In this document: positions 1 through 9,786 of the stretch, piece after piece
Position numbering within the stretch: position 1 is the stretch's first letter
Layout: every line of letters starts with the position of its first letter
IMG/VR virus record: IMGVR_UViG_3300046777_001438
Location: 2,952 to 66,951 of that record
Strand: one strand, 5' to 3'
Length of the DNA: 64,000 bases
Origin: a virus
Translations under genes and position numbers: made by a program
The notes under the pieces: generated by a model
Databases searched by the model: none
What the model was told of the DNA's origin: nothing
The model's input: the letters and a program-made list of their open reading frames with translations, nothing else

Positions 1-2
1 CA

Positions 3-3000
3 CACAAGCAAATCGATCAACTACCAATTAGATTCCGTTATCCATTTTTTACAAATAGAACAAGCGGCACTCTAAGATCCCTTGATTATGACAAGATAAT
101 TAAGAGTGCAAAGGGCGAAGACATACCAAAGATAATTGCTAATATAGTTGAAATTTCATTATTAGAAAAATCTTTAATAAGCAAAGAAAAAGATTCAGAT
201 TCAACAGCTCTTGTAACCAAAAAACCTGGAAGCGATGAGCCAACACTAGACTTTAACTTTAATTTTGCATCCAAGCTACCATTCCTTGGCTTAGACGAAA
301 TCTTAATAGGAACAGCTGCATTTGATCCTTCTGGTATCTTTGACCCAGAAGGAAAACTTGGCATTAATGTAGCAACTCAGATAGTTAGAATGCCGTTACC
401 GATACTTTCTACAAGTGATACACAAAGAGGCGCTGATGGACAGCCTATACTTTTAGAAAAATATGAAAAATATTACGATGGATTAGATCCAGCATACGCA
501 CTTCAGCAAAAGTATCAAGACATACAGCTAGATTTTTCTGAATGGGGAATGCCAAAGTCAGCAGAAGATGAACAGTTTTATATAGCCATGAGATGGCCTT
601 ATGATCCAGTTAAGTATAGGACTGTTGACTTAGGTTGGGATACAAATAGCAATAGTGATTCAAGAAAGCAAGTATTGCAAGACTTCTTAAGAATGTATAA
701 TCTTAAAGAAGAAGATTTGGCTGGTAATCCAGAGGATTATAAAAAGAGAAAAGTACTTGTATACAACCCAGAAAAGAAAGTAGCAGTTGTATGTACTCCA
801 GCTTACTTCTTATGGGGAGAGACTGAAGCAGACAATGAAGATGGCGGAAGTAATAGAATTGATGCGATAGTATCACCAGATGCTGCCTATTTCCTCCATC
901 TTTTAATCAACGATAAGGGACAGATCCTTTCTCCAATGGAAAACATAGGGACCGTAACCGCTGATCAAGCCGATGGAAATGGCACAATAACAACAGCAGG
1001 CCAATGGGCTGGACTAGGAATGGCGGAGCAAAATCTAAAAGAGTGCATGTTTACTTTTGTCCCAGACAGCACTCCAGTTGGTGTAGTAACTAGTAACTTT
1101 AACCCAGCAAATAGATTTACTTACGATGATAGAGAAGCTAAATTAGGATTAGATGAAACATTCTTGGTTGGTTTTGGTGCATTTAAGACAGGGGACGAAG
1201 GAAGAAATCTTGAAGATTATTCCAATAACGGCTTCTTACCTGCAGTCGTTGCATCAGCAACTGCTGGAATAGACAATAGAATGGGCGGAAAAGAATTAAT
1301 AATTGATGGAGTTTCCCCTAAGCAATTCTATACCTTTGATGAAGCGTTAGCTCTAAAGAGTTCAGCTGATTGGCAAAGAGATTGGAGCTTTGGCGGCAAC
1401 TACATAAAGTATTACGACAATGTTCAAGCTGCTGATTACGAAAGTCTAAAGCAGGACAAATTGATAGAACAACTAGAGCAAGATAAAGAAGCTAAAACTT
1501 TTGATAACTTTAAAGAAGTTTATGATCCACTAGACAGCGTCAGCGTTACAGCCAGAGGCTTTTATGATGAAAAGTTTGATAGTACTGTTAAAACAATAGC
1601 TGGTAACGGCAGAAGAGTTTATGAAGCGCAACAGATTTGGGATCAGTTTAGATATGGATATCATAATTATGATTCAGTAAAAAATGTTTTTTATCAGATG
1701 TTTAAGCTGGATCCAAATGACGACACTGAATCTAGCGATCCAATTTTCCAAATATTAGTAGGTAACAAATTTGAAGCATTTGAGGAATTTGGAGCAGACT
1801 CTAGAAGTTCTGAATTCTTAACTTTGCTTGGAGCAGACTGGACACCAGCACTCAGCAATAGAACTGGCGCAACTTCTGTTAACGCTATTGATATAGCAGT
1901 TAATGAATATGTTGATGGTGGATTTGATGGTTTTGATGAAAACAATTTAAAAATTATAAATAAAGATAAAGGTATAATTGACGCCTACAATGCGCTTGTT
2001 TATAAAAAAGTTTCTGGAATTAGAAATCTTGTTAAGGGCCATTTTGAATCGTACGAGTATGGAACTCCGCCAACAGATCCAGATCCAGCAAAAGAAACTG
2101 ACAAAACAGCCGCCAAAAAAGATTCTAATGATTCAATTTTAGCTGATGTTTTAAGTAAACTTGGAAAAGCAAAAACTCCAAATGATAAAGCTACAGAGTT
2201 ATTAAGTAGTATAAAAACACCAAAACAATTATTCCTATTGCTTGTTGGTATCTTTAGGCAGAAACTTTGGTCAGATCCATACGCAAGAGCTTGGGTTGTT
2301 TTAAGACCAGATAAAAAGAGATTTAACTCTAATTCATTCGAAGACAATATTCTTTTCAATATAAGTAGCGACAAAAACGATCAGTGGAGCTTTAGATCAT
2401 TCGATAGAATCTTTAATGCGTTTATAGATTACAATGCTGAGTACGCATCAAATCCACAGTCTCTTATCAAGCTACTTAAATCAAACGCCAAAGAAGGAAG
2501 CAATGCTGGCAACTGGTTGACAGGAGTTTTGGAAGATGTTGATAGTTTCTGGGACAGAAACATAGGTCCGATATTCACTGCTTTTGATGCAGCTCTTGGA
2601 AATCTTTTGAACATGTTTAGAATGTCTATGGCTCAAATGGGTTATGGATTAGGTGAATTAGAAAACTTTACTAAACAAGCCAATATTCTAAATAAAGCTT
2701 ATAACGATTCGATTTACTATTCCCTTGGAAGACAGGGAACTCTACTGAGAGCAGTAGACAATCCATTTACAAGAGAGTATGGAGAACCTGTTGTTGAAAT
2801 TAGAGAGCCTTTTCAAAGAATCCATTACATAAGTTCATTTACCCATATATTAAAAAATAATATCAAAGAAAACTTTAGTGGTGTAGCAACTCAAATTACC
2901 GCAGTTTCAGACGGAAAATATCCAGTAACAGTTTCTTTAGACAAAGCAGCACCACCAGAAAAACAAGTTGAAAAAACTGTTGAGACTGGATTGTATTTTG

Positions 3001-5060
3001 ACAACATTAAGGGAGAAGGAGTATGGGGAATACTCCATCCAATATTCCACCCATTGCAAACAGTTCGTGGAATTTCAAAGCACGCGCAAGGTGACCCAGA
3101 CGAATTGACAGCAAGAAGAGTTGCGCTTTCTCATCTAAAAGAATCATTAAAAGATATTTATGGCGGAGAAATAATTGTGATTGGTAACGCCGACATAAGA
3201 CCTCACGACATAGTTTATCTTGCAGACGTTTATGAAAGAATGTACGGAATTTTTGAAGTAGAACAAGTAGTTCATCACTTTACTCCAGAGACAGGATTTG
3301 TTACCAGCATAACACCAAACGCATTTGTAACCGTAAATGATCCATCCAGATGGTTCTTGTCATCATGGATATCATCTCAGATCAGCATGCAAAACCTAAG
3401 AAACGACGCTAGACTTTTATTGGCAAATAAATCAAATAACTCTAGAATGACAGTAAATGGTGACGTATCCGTAGATAGATTAGGCGATATGCTAAAGCAC
3501 CAAATGGTTGGTGGAATGCAATTTACTCATGGACACTCAGCACTGCTAAAAGATATACAGGCCAACTCCTTGGCTGACTCAATGCCAGAAGGTTCTCAAA
3601 GAATGAAGGCAATGATTGCAGCAAGCACTGGTAGGCAAGAGGGTTCTATGGGCGCAGCAATTTTTGCTGGTATAGTTATGCCAGCTATAACAGCCGCAGC
3701 CACAATAGCCACACTGCCAGCTGGTGGCCTCCCTGCAGCAGCAGTAGCTGCCGGATTGTCTCTAGTAACTGACGGAGCATGGAATGCATGGAAGTGGGTA
3801 AGAGATAATGTGCTAGATCAACACGGTTGCTATATTCAGTACCTGTCAAAGAATGGGCAACCAATGGACGCAGGTCTATCAAACTTCCAAGGAATGGTTG
3901 TTGGCAAATATCACTCTGTCAAGCTCCTTCCAGGAATACTTAATGCAAGAACGAAAACCAAGTCAATCGAAGGCAATGCCTACATCAGATCAGATGATTT
4001 GTTAAAGAATTTGGGTTGGAAAGAAAAGGAAATTGGAGATCTTGTAAGATACATCAGTTTGGAAAATGCAATTGTTCATTCGCAACTTCTAAAGTATTCT
4101 GGATTAGGACCAGAAAAAACTGGACTCAATCAATATTTTAAGACTATTGTTTATGTAAAGCATGTTGTTGACGGTGATACATGTGACGTGATAGATGTAT
4201 TGAGCGGATCAGATGAAACCTATAGGGAGTATAGAATAAGATTTGATGGAGTCGACACTTCGGAATTGCAAAAAAATAATGTTTCTAAAGATGTTGGGAT
4301 TATAGATGTTAATTCAACAGCTTCAAAGGGCATGTTCTTTACTAAGGCTGCCCTAGAAGGAAGATTGGTTGTACTTAGAATTAGCCCAAATAATTCAACA
4401 ATGATACTCACTGCTGATGATCTTGAGGCTGGTGCACTAGTTAACAATAGGCTTAACTATGCACAATCAAGAACAGGTGAAAAGTGGGGCAATAGCGGTC
4501 CGATAAGATACATGGCATCTGTCTTCTATAAAACAGACGCACAAAGCTACGCATCAATAAAAAATCAGGTTAGATCGATATTCTTGACAATACCAGAGAC
4601 AACAAATAACACATTAGCTTTTGTAAAAGATAAGGTAAAAGAATTAATAAGTCCAGAATCTGTTATTTACACTAGGTTTGATCAATTATATGAAGCTACC
4701 CAAAGTGCACAAAGTTTAATAGTAGGATCAGTTCCTTCTTACAGCGCTCCAAGAACGGCAATACATTTTGAAACTACCGGAGAAACAGACCCACTTAATG
4801 CCTTAAGCAATCTTGAAATAAGAGCATTTGATGCACTTGTTGATATGCTAATACTACTAAAAGTTTATAATAAAGCTTCAGAATGGCCAATGACGGAATG
4901 GGATGAGTACTATGAAGATGGAAGTCCAGTGACTCTTAACTGGGAATTGGTAGTAAATGGATTAGCTAAAGTCTATACTGCTGGACTGAGCTTGACTTCT
5001 GGCCCAGCATTAATTCAATCACAAGAGATGGTACCAATGTTAAAGAATGTAGGTAATTAA
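3..5060 (+). CDS. Baseplate hub / tail-tip protein, 5'-truncated: DPBB-like domain, hub domain, hydrophobic segment, C-terminal thermonuclease-like domain
   Basis: The frame of ORF 390..5060 is open back to position 3. Hub-like motif GEIIVIGNADIRPHDIVYL...FEVEQVVHHF. SNase motif VVDGDT...RIRFDGVDTSE. Lies upstream of gp25 and baseplate J genes. Confidence 0.7.
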   Translation, partial: HKQIDQLPIRFRYPFFTNRTSGTLRSLDYDKIIKSAKGEDIPKIIANIVEISLLEKSLISKEKDSDSTALVTKKPGSDEPTLDFNFNFASKLPFLGLDEILIGTAAFDPSGIFDPEGKLGINVATQIVRMPLPILSTSDTQRGADGQPILLEKYEKYYDGLDPAYALQQKYQDIQLDFSEWGMPKSAEDEQFYIAMRWPYDPVKYRTVDLGWDTNSNSDSRKQVLQDFLRMYNLKEEDLAGNPEDYKKRKVLVYNPEKKVAVVCTPAYFLWGETEADNEDGGSNRIDAIVSPDAAYFLHLLINDKGQILSPMENIGTVTADQADGNGTITTAGQWAGLGMAEQNLKECMFTFVPDSTPVGVVTSNFNPANRFTYDDREAKLGLDETFLVGFGAFKTGDEGRNLEDYSNNGFLPAVVASATAGIDNRMGGKELIIDGVSPKQFYTFDEALALKSSADWQRDWSFGGNYIKYYDNVQAADYESLKQDKLIEQLEQDKEAKTFDNFKEVYDPLDSVSVTARGFYDEKFDSTVKTIAGNGRRVYEAQQIWDQFRYGYHNYDSVKNVFYQMFKLDPNDDTESSDPIFQILVGNKFEAFEEFGADSRSSEFLTLLGADWTPALSNRTGATSVNAIDIAVNEYVDGGFDGFDENNLKIINKDKGIIDAYNALVYKKVSGIRNLVKGHFESYEYGTPPTDPDPAKETDKTAAKKDSNDSILADVLSKLGKAKTPNDKATELLSSIKTPKQLFLLLVGIFRQKLWSDPYARAWVVLRPDKKRFNSNSFEDNILFNISSDKNDQWSFRSFDRIFNAFIDYNAEYASNPQSLIKLLKSNAKEGSNAGNWLTGVLEDVDSFWDRNIGPIFTAFDAALGNLLNMFRMSMAQMGYGLGELENFTKQANILNKAYNDSIYYSLGRQGTLLRAVDNPFTREYGEPVVEIREPFQRIHYISSFTHILKNNIKENFSGVATQITAVSDGKYPVTVSLDKAAPPEKQVEKTVETGLYFDNIKGEGVWGILHPIFHPLQTVRGISKHAQGDPDELTARRVALSHLKESLKDIYGGEIIVIGNADIRPHDIVYLADVYERMYGIFEVEQVVHHFTPETGFVTSITPNAFVTVNDPSRWFLSSWISSQISMQNLRNDARLLLANKSNNSRMTVNGDVSVDRLGDMLKHQMVGGMQFTHGHSALLKDIQANSLADSMPEGSQRMKAMIAASTGRQEGSMGAAIFAGIVMPAITAAATIATLPAGGLPAAAVAAGLSLVTDGAWNAWKWVRDNVLDQHGCYIQYLSKNGQPMDAGLSNFQGMVVGKYHSVKLLPGILNARTKTKSIEGNAYIRSDDLLKNLGWKEKEIGDLVRYISLENAIVHSQLLKYSGLGPEKTGLNQYFKTIVYVKHVVDGDTCDVIDVLSGSDETYREYRIRFDGVDTSELQKNNVSKDVGIIDVNSTASKGMFFTKAALEGRLVVLRISPNNSTMILTADDLEAGALVNNRLNYAQSRTGEKWGNSGPIRYMASVFYKTDAQSYASIKNQVRSIFLTIPETTNNTLAFVKDKVKELISPESVIYTRFDQLYEATQSAQSLIVGSVPSYSAPRTAIHFETTGETDPLNALSNLEIRAFDALVDMLILLKVYNKASEWPMTEWDEYYEDGSPVTLNWELVVNGLAKVYTAGLSLTSGPALIQSQEMVPMLKNVGN

Positions 5061-5063
5061 GAT

Positions 5064-7136
5064 ATGTCAGATTCAGGAATTAATTCGACAGACTTAAGCA
5101 GTACCGCAAGTATTGCTAATAGTATTGGTGAGTCATTTTATCCAAATGGACAAGTGATTCTAACTGGCACCACTATGTCCAGGCAACCATATGAAGATAG
5201 AAGCCTTAGAAGCGCAGATCCAGTAAAGATACTACAAGGCGATAGTCTATATAGAAATCCAGCCTTTGCAATAAATGCGTATGCTCAAAGTACTCAGTCC
5301 GCAATGCACGGAATTATTGCCTCTATGTCAGATATAAATGACGATGTTAAAATTGCAGATCCAAATGATCCAAGAGGCGCACCATTAACTGGTGCAGCAG
5401 CAAAAATGGAAATAGCAAAAAACTCAATGCTCGTTACAAACAACGCACCTTCGGGGTTCTCTGATTCAATAAAAGCCTTAAACGACAGTATTATCAATAG
5501 CACCACTCAACCAACAACTTCAGATATGGCCTATGTTACCAGTGAAATGGGCGCAACTCTTGCAGAAAGTACAAAGGGTTATATACCATCGAGTGAACCT
5601 ACAATGGTTTTAAATGGTGGATCAAGAGGGATAGCACTTGAATCTATACTGAGCGCTCAAGAAAAAGAAGTATATACAAAAAAGATTTCCGAACTTCATG
5701 GTAAAGCAAATTTTAAAGGTTCTGTTAACCCATTCACAATAGATTTTAATACAAATAAAGAAGGACAAAATCTTTCAACTTTAGATTTTTCAATAAATCA
5801 AGAACCAAGCTATATTTCTGGCTCAATGCAGTCCCTACCTGTTGATCCAAATCTTTTAGGCAGTGGACAAAAAAGATGTTATATTTCAGCAGCGCTGATA
5901 GAAATGTTACTTCAAGCAACCAACAAAATATACATAGAAGGACAGACTGGTACCAGAACTTTGGTTGGTCCAAACTTTTCTGTGCTTACTGCAGAAAATA
6001 ACAGTGTAAGCGACCACGCATTTGGTAGAGGTTTTGATATTATGGCGATTGGCAATTCGGCTTCTGCTCCTAATAGATTAGCAACAAATATAGACACATA
6101 CAGGCAAGCTCTGAACTTGCTGTTAACTACACTAAATGGTTTAACACAAGATCTCCACCCAGATTTAATAGTTGTACACGATCAGCTTATGACGGAACTT
6201 GGCATAGCAGATCAGGGGCTAGAGGGAGCAAATGCCGCCGTAAGAATAAAATACCCAAACCTAGGCAAATTCGTCAACTTTGCTGTTGACACAAGCCATA
6301 GAGATCATATACATGTAAGCTTTTCCCCACAAAGAGCTGGATCATTTATCACTCCAGAAATAGCAACTGCAATAACTGGGATTGAATTTGATTCTTCAGA
6401 TGTTTCAAGTGGTATAAGCGTAGATAAATTTAAGCAAAACTTTTCTGGCAAATCATCACAAAGCCTTAGCCCAGATGAACTTATGGCGCTTCTGTCTACT
6501 TCTGGTCTATTCAGTTTAGAAGTTTCTGCTATATTTACAGCCTTAGCAGAAAGAGAAGGAAGCCTTAGACCAGCTGCAATAAATACAAATAGAGCAACTG
6601 GCGACTTCTCTGTTGGTATGTTTCAAATTAATCTTTTACCAGGATCTCATGGGAATAAGAATTTCTACCTAAAGTATAATGCATCTGGCCAACCAGAAGA
6701 TAGTGTTGTGCTAGGCTATAAACTAGCTTACTCCATTGACTCAGATATGAATGTTGAATCACTAGCAAATAAAGTAAAGAATCAAGCTACAGAAGCTACA
6801 GTTGATAAAAGGGTATGGATTCCATATAATCAAGCCTGGATGTTAGGTGTAACAGCTACTGAATCTGCAAGAGTAGCAAAAGTGGTTAAAACAAATTCAC
6901 CAATTGATGAATACTGCTTCTTTGCCTGGGGCGACTATGGAACCGAGTATGTACCAGGTTTTATATTTAAAACAAAATTTTCTACAGCTTTGTCTGTCTA
7001 TCTAAATAAGGGTGGCACAGACGCCGCGTTAAGAAAATGGATTAGGTCTAACATACCACAAAAATCAAGAGCCTATTCATACCTTGAAGGTTGGATGGGC
7101 GGCAATGTATATGGTCCAGATGGAAACGTATTGTAG
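5064..7136 (+). CDS. Tail-associated peptidoglycan hydrolase (M15-like Zn peptidase plus lysozyme/transglycosylase-like domain)
   Basis: SDHAFGRGFDI...HRDHIHVSF (M15/extensin-like Zn ligands); AEREGS...GDFSVGMFQIN (SLT-like). Confidence 0.7.
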   Translation: MSDSGINSTDLSSTASIANSIGESFYPNGQVILTGTTMSRQPYEDRSLRSADPVKILQGDSLYRNPAFAINAYAQSTQSAMHGIIASMSDINDDVKIADPNDPRGAPLTGAAAKMEIAKNSMLVTNNAPSGFSDSIKALNDSIINSTTQPTTSDMAYVTSEMGATLAESTKGYIPSSEPTMVLNGGSRGIALESILSAQEKEVYTKKISELHGKANFKGSVNPFTIDFNTNKEGQNLSTLDFSINQEPSYISGSMQSLPVDPNLLGSGQKRCYISAALIEMLLQATNKIYIEGQTGTRTLVGPNFSVLTAENNSVSDHAFGRGFDIMAIGNSASAPNRLATNIDTYRQALNLLLTTLNGLTQDLHPDLIVVHDQLMTELGIADQGLEGANAAVRIKYPNLGKFVNFAVDTSHRDHIHVSFSPQRAGSFITPEIATAITGIEFDSSDVSSGISVDKFKQNFSGKSSQSLSPDELMALLSTSGLFSLEVSAIFTALAEREGSLRPAAINTNRATGDFSVGMFQINLLPGSHGNKNFYLKYNASGQPEDSVVLGYKLAYSIDSDMNVESLANKVKNQATEATVDKRVWIPYNQAWMLGVTATESARVAKVVKTNSPIDEYCFFAWGDYGTEYVPGFIFKTKFSTALSVYLNKGGTDAALRKWIRSNIPQKSRAYSYLEGWMGGNVYGPDGNVL

Positions 7137-7147
7137 GAGGAAGTCTT

Positions 7148-7510
7148 ATGGCATTAAATTATCCAAAATTTGATAAAAGAATTAATGACAAAATAGATGA
7201 GTCATCTTTTAAGCAATTAAAAAATAGACCAGGCACCATCATGGTTTACAACGCTTCGCAGAACACTGCAACTGTATTAGTTGATGAAAAATATTCTGAT
7301 TTAATTGGCAACATGCTGCCAAACGTTCCATGCCCATTCATATATGGTGTACAATCTGTAGCACCAGCTCCTGGCACAAGATGTCTAGTTGCATTTAGGG
7401 ACGCAGAAGAAAAGCAGCCATACATTGTGATGTACTTTAATGAAACTCATTCTCACAAAAATGCTAGAAATAATTCAGTAGACACCGGCATACCAAAGTT
7501 TATGGTTTAA
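7148..7510 (+). CDS. Putative baseplate spike OB-fold (gpV/gp5-N-like) protein
   Basis: GGAGG RBS before ATG 7148. GTIMVYN...ATV...NVP...PAPGTRCLVAF pattern. Position in the baseplate module. Confidence 0.5.
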   Translation: MALNYPKFDKRINDKIDESSFKQLKNRPGTIMVYNASQNTATVLVDEKYSDLIGNMLPNVPCPFIYGVQSVAPAPGTRCLVAFRDAEEKQPYIVMYFNETHSHKNARNNSVDTGIPKFMV

Positions 7511-7515
7511 TTATT

Positions 7516-8202
7516 ATGATAGATCCAGATAAACAACAATTTAAACCTTCTGATGTTTTTAATGAAACAGCAGAATTAAAAAGAAGAAAAGAATTCTCTC
7601 ATAGAGAAGTGGGCTTGACTCACCCTGATAATAAAGCATTTATCCGAATTACGGATATGGGAGAGATAGAGATTTTTGGAGCACCTGGCGTTGGCTTGGT
7701 CATCAATCCAAACACTAGAAGTATATCCATTTTTGCAGACAGTATTAAAATGTACTGCAAAGATGATGATGGTTTAAGATGGAACGAAAAGTCCTTTAAT
7801 CCAGCAGCTGATGTATATAATGAGCCAGCACTTTTAAAAACTGGAGACTTTTTAAATAATCCAGCTTATTATAGAACTGGTCACTTTTTAAACAATTTGC
7901 AAAATTATGAAGAGGAACAGGTCGTTACCCCTATTACTATAATAGGGAACTACGGTCTAGGTTTGGGCAATGATCAGGGTTCAGAATTAGCAACTGACCC
8001 CAATGGCGTAACTTTTGAAGAAGCCTCTTTAATTGAAGCTTACTCAAAAACTCATACCGAGTCTGAAGTACAAAAACTGCACGACTTTATTAAAATGGGC
8101 TATTCCTACCAAGACGCTGTGACCAAAGTAGAAACAAGTGATTTTAATGAGCCAAGTAACATGGAAGATTTTCCTTGGATAAATAATGATTTGGATAAAT
8201 AA
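7516..8202 (+). CDS. Putative baseplate/spike-associated protein
   Basis: 228-aa ORF with a beta-strand-rich N-half (AFIRITDMGEIEIFG), between the OB-fold gene and gp25. Confidence 0.4.
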   Translation: MIDPDKQQFKPSDVFNETAELKRRKEFSHREVGLTHPDNKAFIRITDMGEIEIFGAPGVGLVINPNTRSISIFADSIKMYCKDDDGLRWNEKSFNPAADVYNEPALLKTGDFLNNPAYYRTGHFLNNLQNYEEEQVVTPITIIGNYGLGLGNDQGSELATDPNGVTFEEASLIEAYSKTHTESEVQKLHDFIKMGYSYQDAVTKVETSDFNEPSNMEDFPWINNDLDK

Positions 8203-8585
8203 TGAGTGATTTTTATTTTGACTTTAGCGGTGATATTAAAATATCTCCCAATAAAGATATAGCCATGGTAGATAATGGATCCAGGAAAGACGTACAGCAG
8301 ATCTATATAAGATTAATGACGGAACCAAATGATTTTACTATCTATCCAAGACTTGGATGCGATCTCTCAATGCTGTACGGAATGCCTCAGAGTAAGGTAA
8401 CCGGAGAGTTGGGCAAGAGAATAATTAGAAATTCTCTTATGGATGAGACTGTAGGTGGTATATTTAAGGGTAGATTTATATCTATAGACGCTGTTCCAAC
8501 ATCTGCTAATTCAATCAGATTTGATGTACATATAGAAGATAATAGCGTCGAACCGATTACTTTGTCGGTAACACAGAACATTTAA
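8202..8585 (+). CDS. Baseplate wedge gp25/gpW-like protein
   Basis: QQIYIRLMTEP...YPRLGCDLSMLYG gp25 pattern; 127 aa; directly before baseplate J. Confidence 0.8.
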   Translation: MSDFYFDFSGDIKISPNKDIAMVDNGSRKDVQQIYIRLMTEPNDFTIYPRLGCDLSMLYGMPQSKVTGELGKRIIRNSLMDETVGGIFKGRFISIDAVPTSANSIRFDVHIEDNSVEPITLSVTQNI

Positions 8586-8597
8586 TAAGGAGCAATA

Positions 8598-9767
8598 ATG
8601 CCAATAGTGTACAGTAAAAGCAAACCAGAAATACTAGGCAGAATGCTTTTGGCGTTAGAAAAAAATGCTGGTATCACAGCAACATATCCAGGCGCAATAG
8701 CTAGGGCATTTGCTGAGTCAGTTGCTACAGAAGTAAGTGATTTGTACGAGACTCTAAAATTTGCTGTTGACCAAACAGCCATATCAACTGCATCTGGTCG
8801 CTCTCTGGACTTGATTGGTGAGTTATATGGCGTAGCAAGAAAGCTTGTTTCCGCTGACTCAGAACAAGAAAGATCGAGTTATAATATAGAGTTTTTTATT
8901 AGCTCCCCGTCTTCATCCGACATTGTTGTAACAAAGGGAACGTCAATATATAATGACGTAACTGAATTTGCCACTAGACAGTATCAGTACCAGCTAGAAT
9001 CAGATGTAACAATCATAGCTGGCACAACCAAAGCTTATGGCAGAATTACCCCATCTTTTACCAGTCAAGACTTTACTGCCGCTAAAGGAACTTTAACAAA
9101 GCATAACTTTACTTCCTCTGATGGCACTATCATTTATTGTTCAAACCCAAAGGAAGTATATTCTATTTCTGGAATGGAAAGCGATGAAAATTATCGTCGC
9201 AGAATAAGCCTTTCAATTAAAGAAAGATCATACGGTACAGCTGAGTCACTTAGATTAAACGCACTTTCGCTTCCTGGAGTTAGGGACGTAAGAATAAGAG
9301 AATCTTCTTATGGCCTTGGATCTTGCGATATCATAGTGGTTCCCGAATCCCAGAGAATTGACCCATCATTTGTTCAAAACATATTAGATAATTTGTCTGG
9401 AAGAAAACCAGTTGGAATAAAATTAAACATAAGAATTGCAGATAGAATACCAATTAACACAGTAGCTAACATAGTTCTACCACAGGGCTTAAGTGCAGCA
9501 GCTATTTCAGCTATAGAAGGACAAGCAAACCTGTTTGTAAGAAGATACTTGAACTCTATGACCATTGGAAGCTCAATATCTTATTCAGATCTAGAAAATC
9601 AAGTAAGATCTTCTTCTGATTTTATTAAAAGTGTCAACATACTAAGCGTAACCTCTAATGGCCAAGAAGTACCTAAGGGTATTTTTAGGTTAAATACCGA
9701 AAGAGAATACATGATAGCTGGGACTGTATCGATTTTTTCTGTTATAATGTCTTCACAAGGTTATTAG
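8598..9767 (+). CDS. Baseplate J-like wedge protein
   Basis: STASGRSLDLIGELYGVAR, ESDENYRRRI, ALSLPGV and KPVGI motifs. Confidence 0.85.
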   Translation: MPIVYSKSKPEILGRMLLALEKNAGITATYPGAIARAFAESVATEVSDLYETLKFAVDQTAISTASGRSLDLIGELYGVARKLVSADSEQERSSYNIEFFISSPSSSDIVVTKGTSIYNDVTEFATRQYQYQLESDVTIIAGTTKAYGRITPSFTSQDFTAAKGTLTKHNFTSSDGTIIYCSNPKEVYSISGMESDENYRRRISLSIKERSYGTAESLRLNALSLPGVRDVRIRESSYGLGSCDIIVVPESQRIDPSFVQNILDNLSGRKPVGIKLNIRIADRIPINTVANIVLPQGLSAAAISAIEGQANLFVRRYLNSMTIGSSISYSDLENQVRSSSDFIKSVNILSVTSNGQEVPKGIFRLNTEREYMIAGTVSIFSVIMSSQGY

Positions 9768-9786
9768 AACTGAAAGAGTGGTACTT

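Noticed and set aside
618-621. A general NGG-A shift rule
   Set aside because: In-frame AGG-A (for example at 618) occurs inside intact long ORFs.
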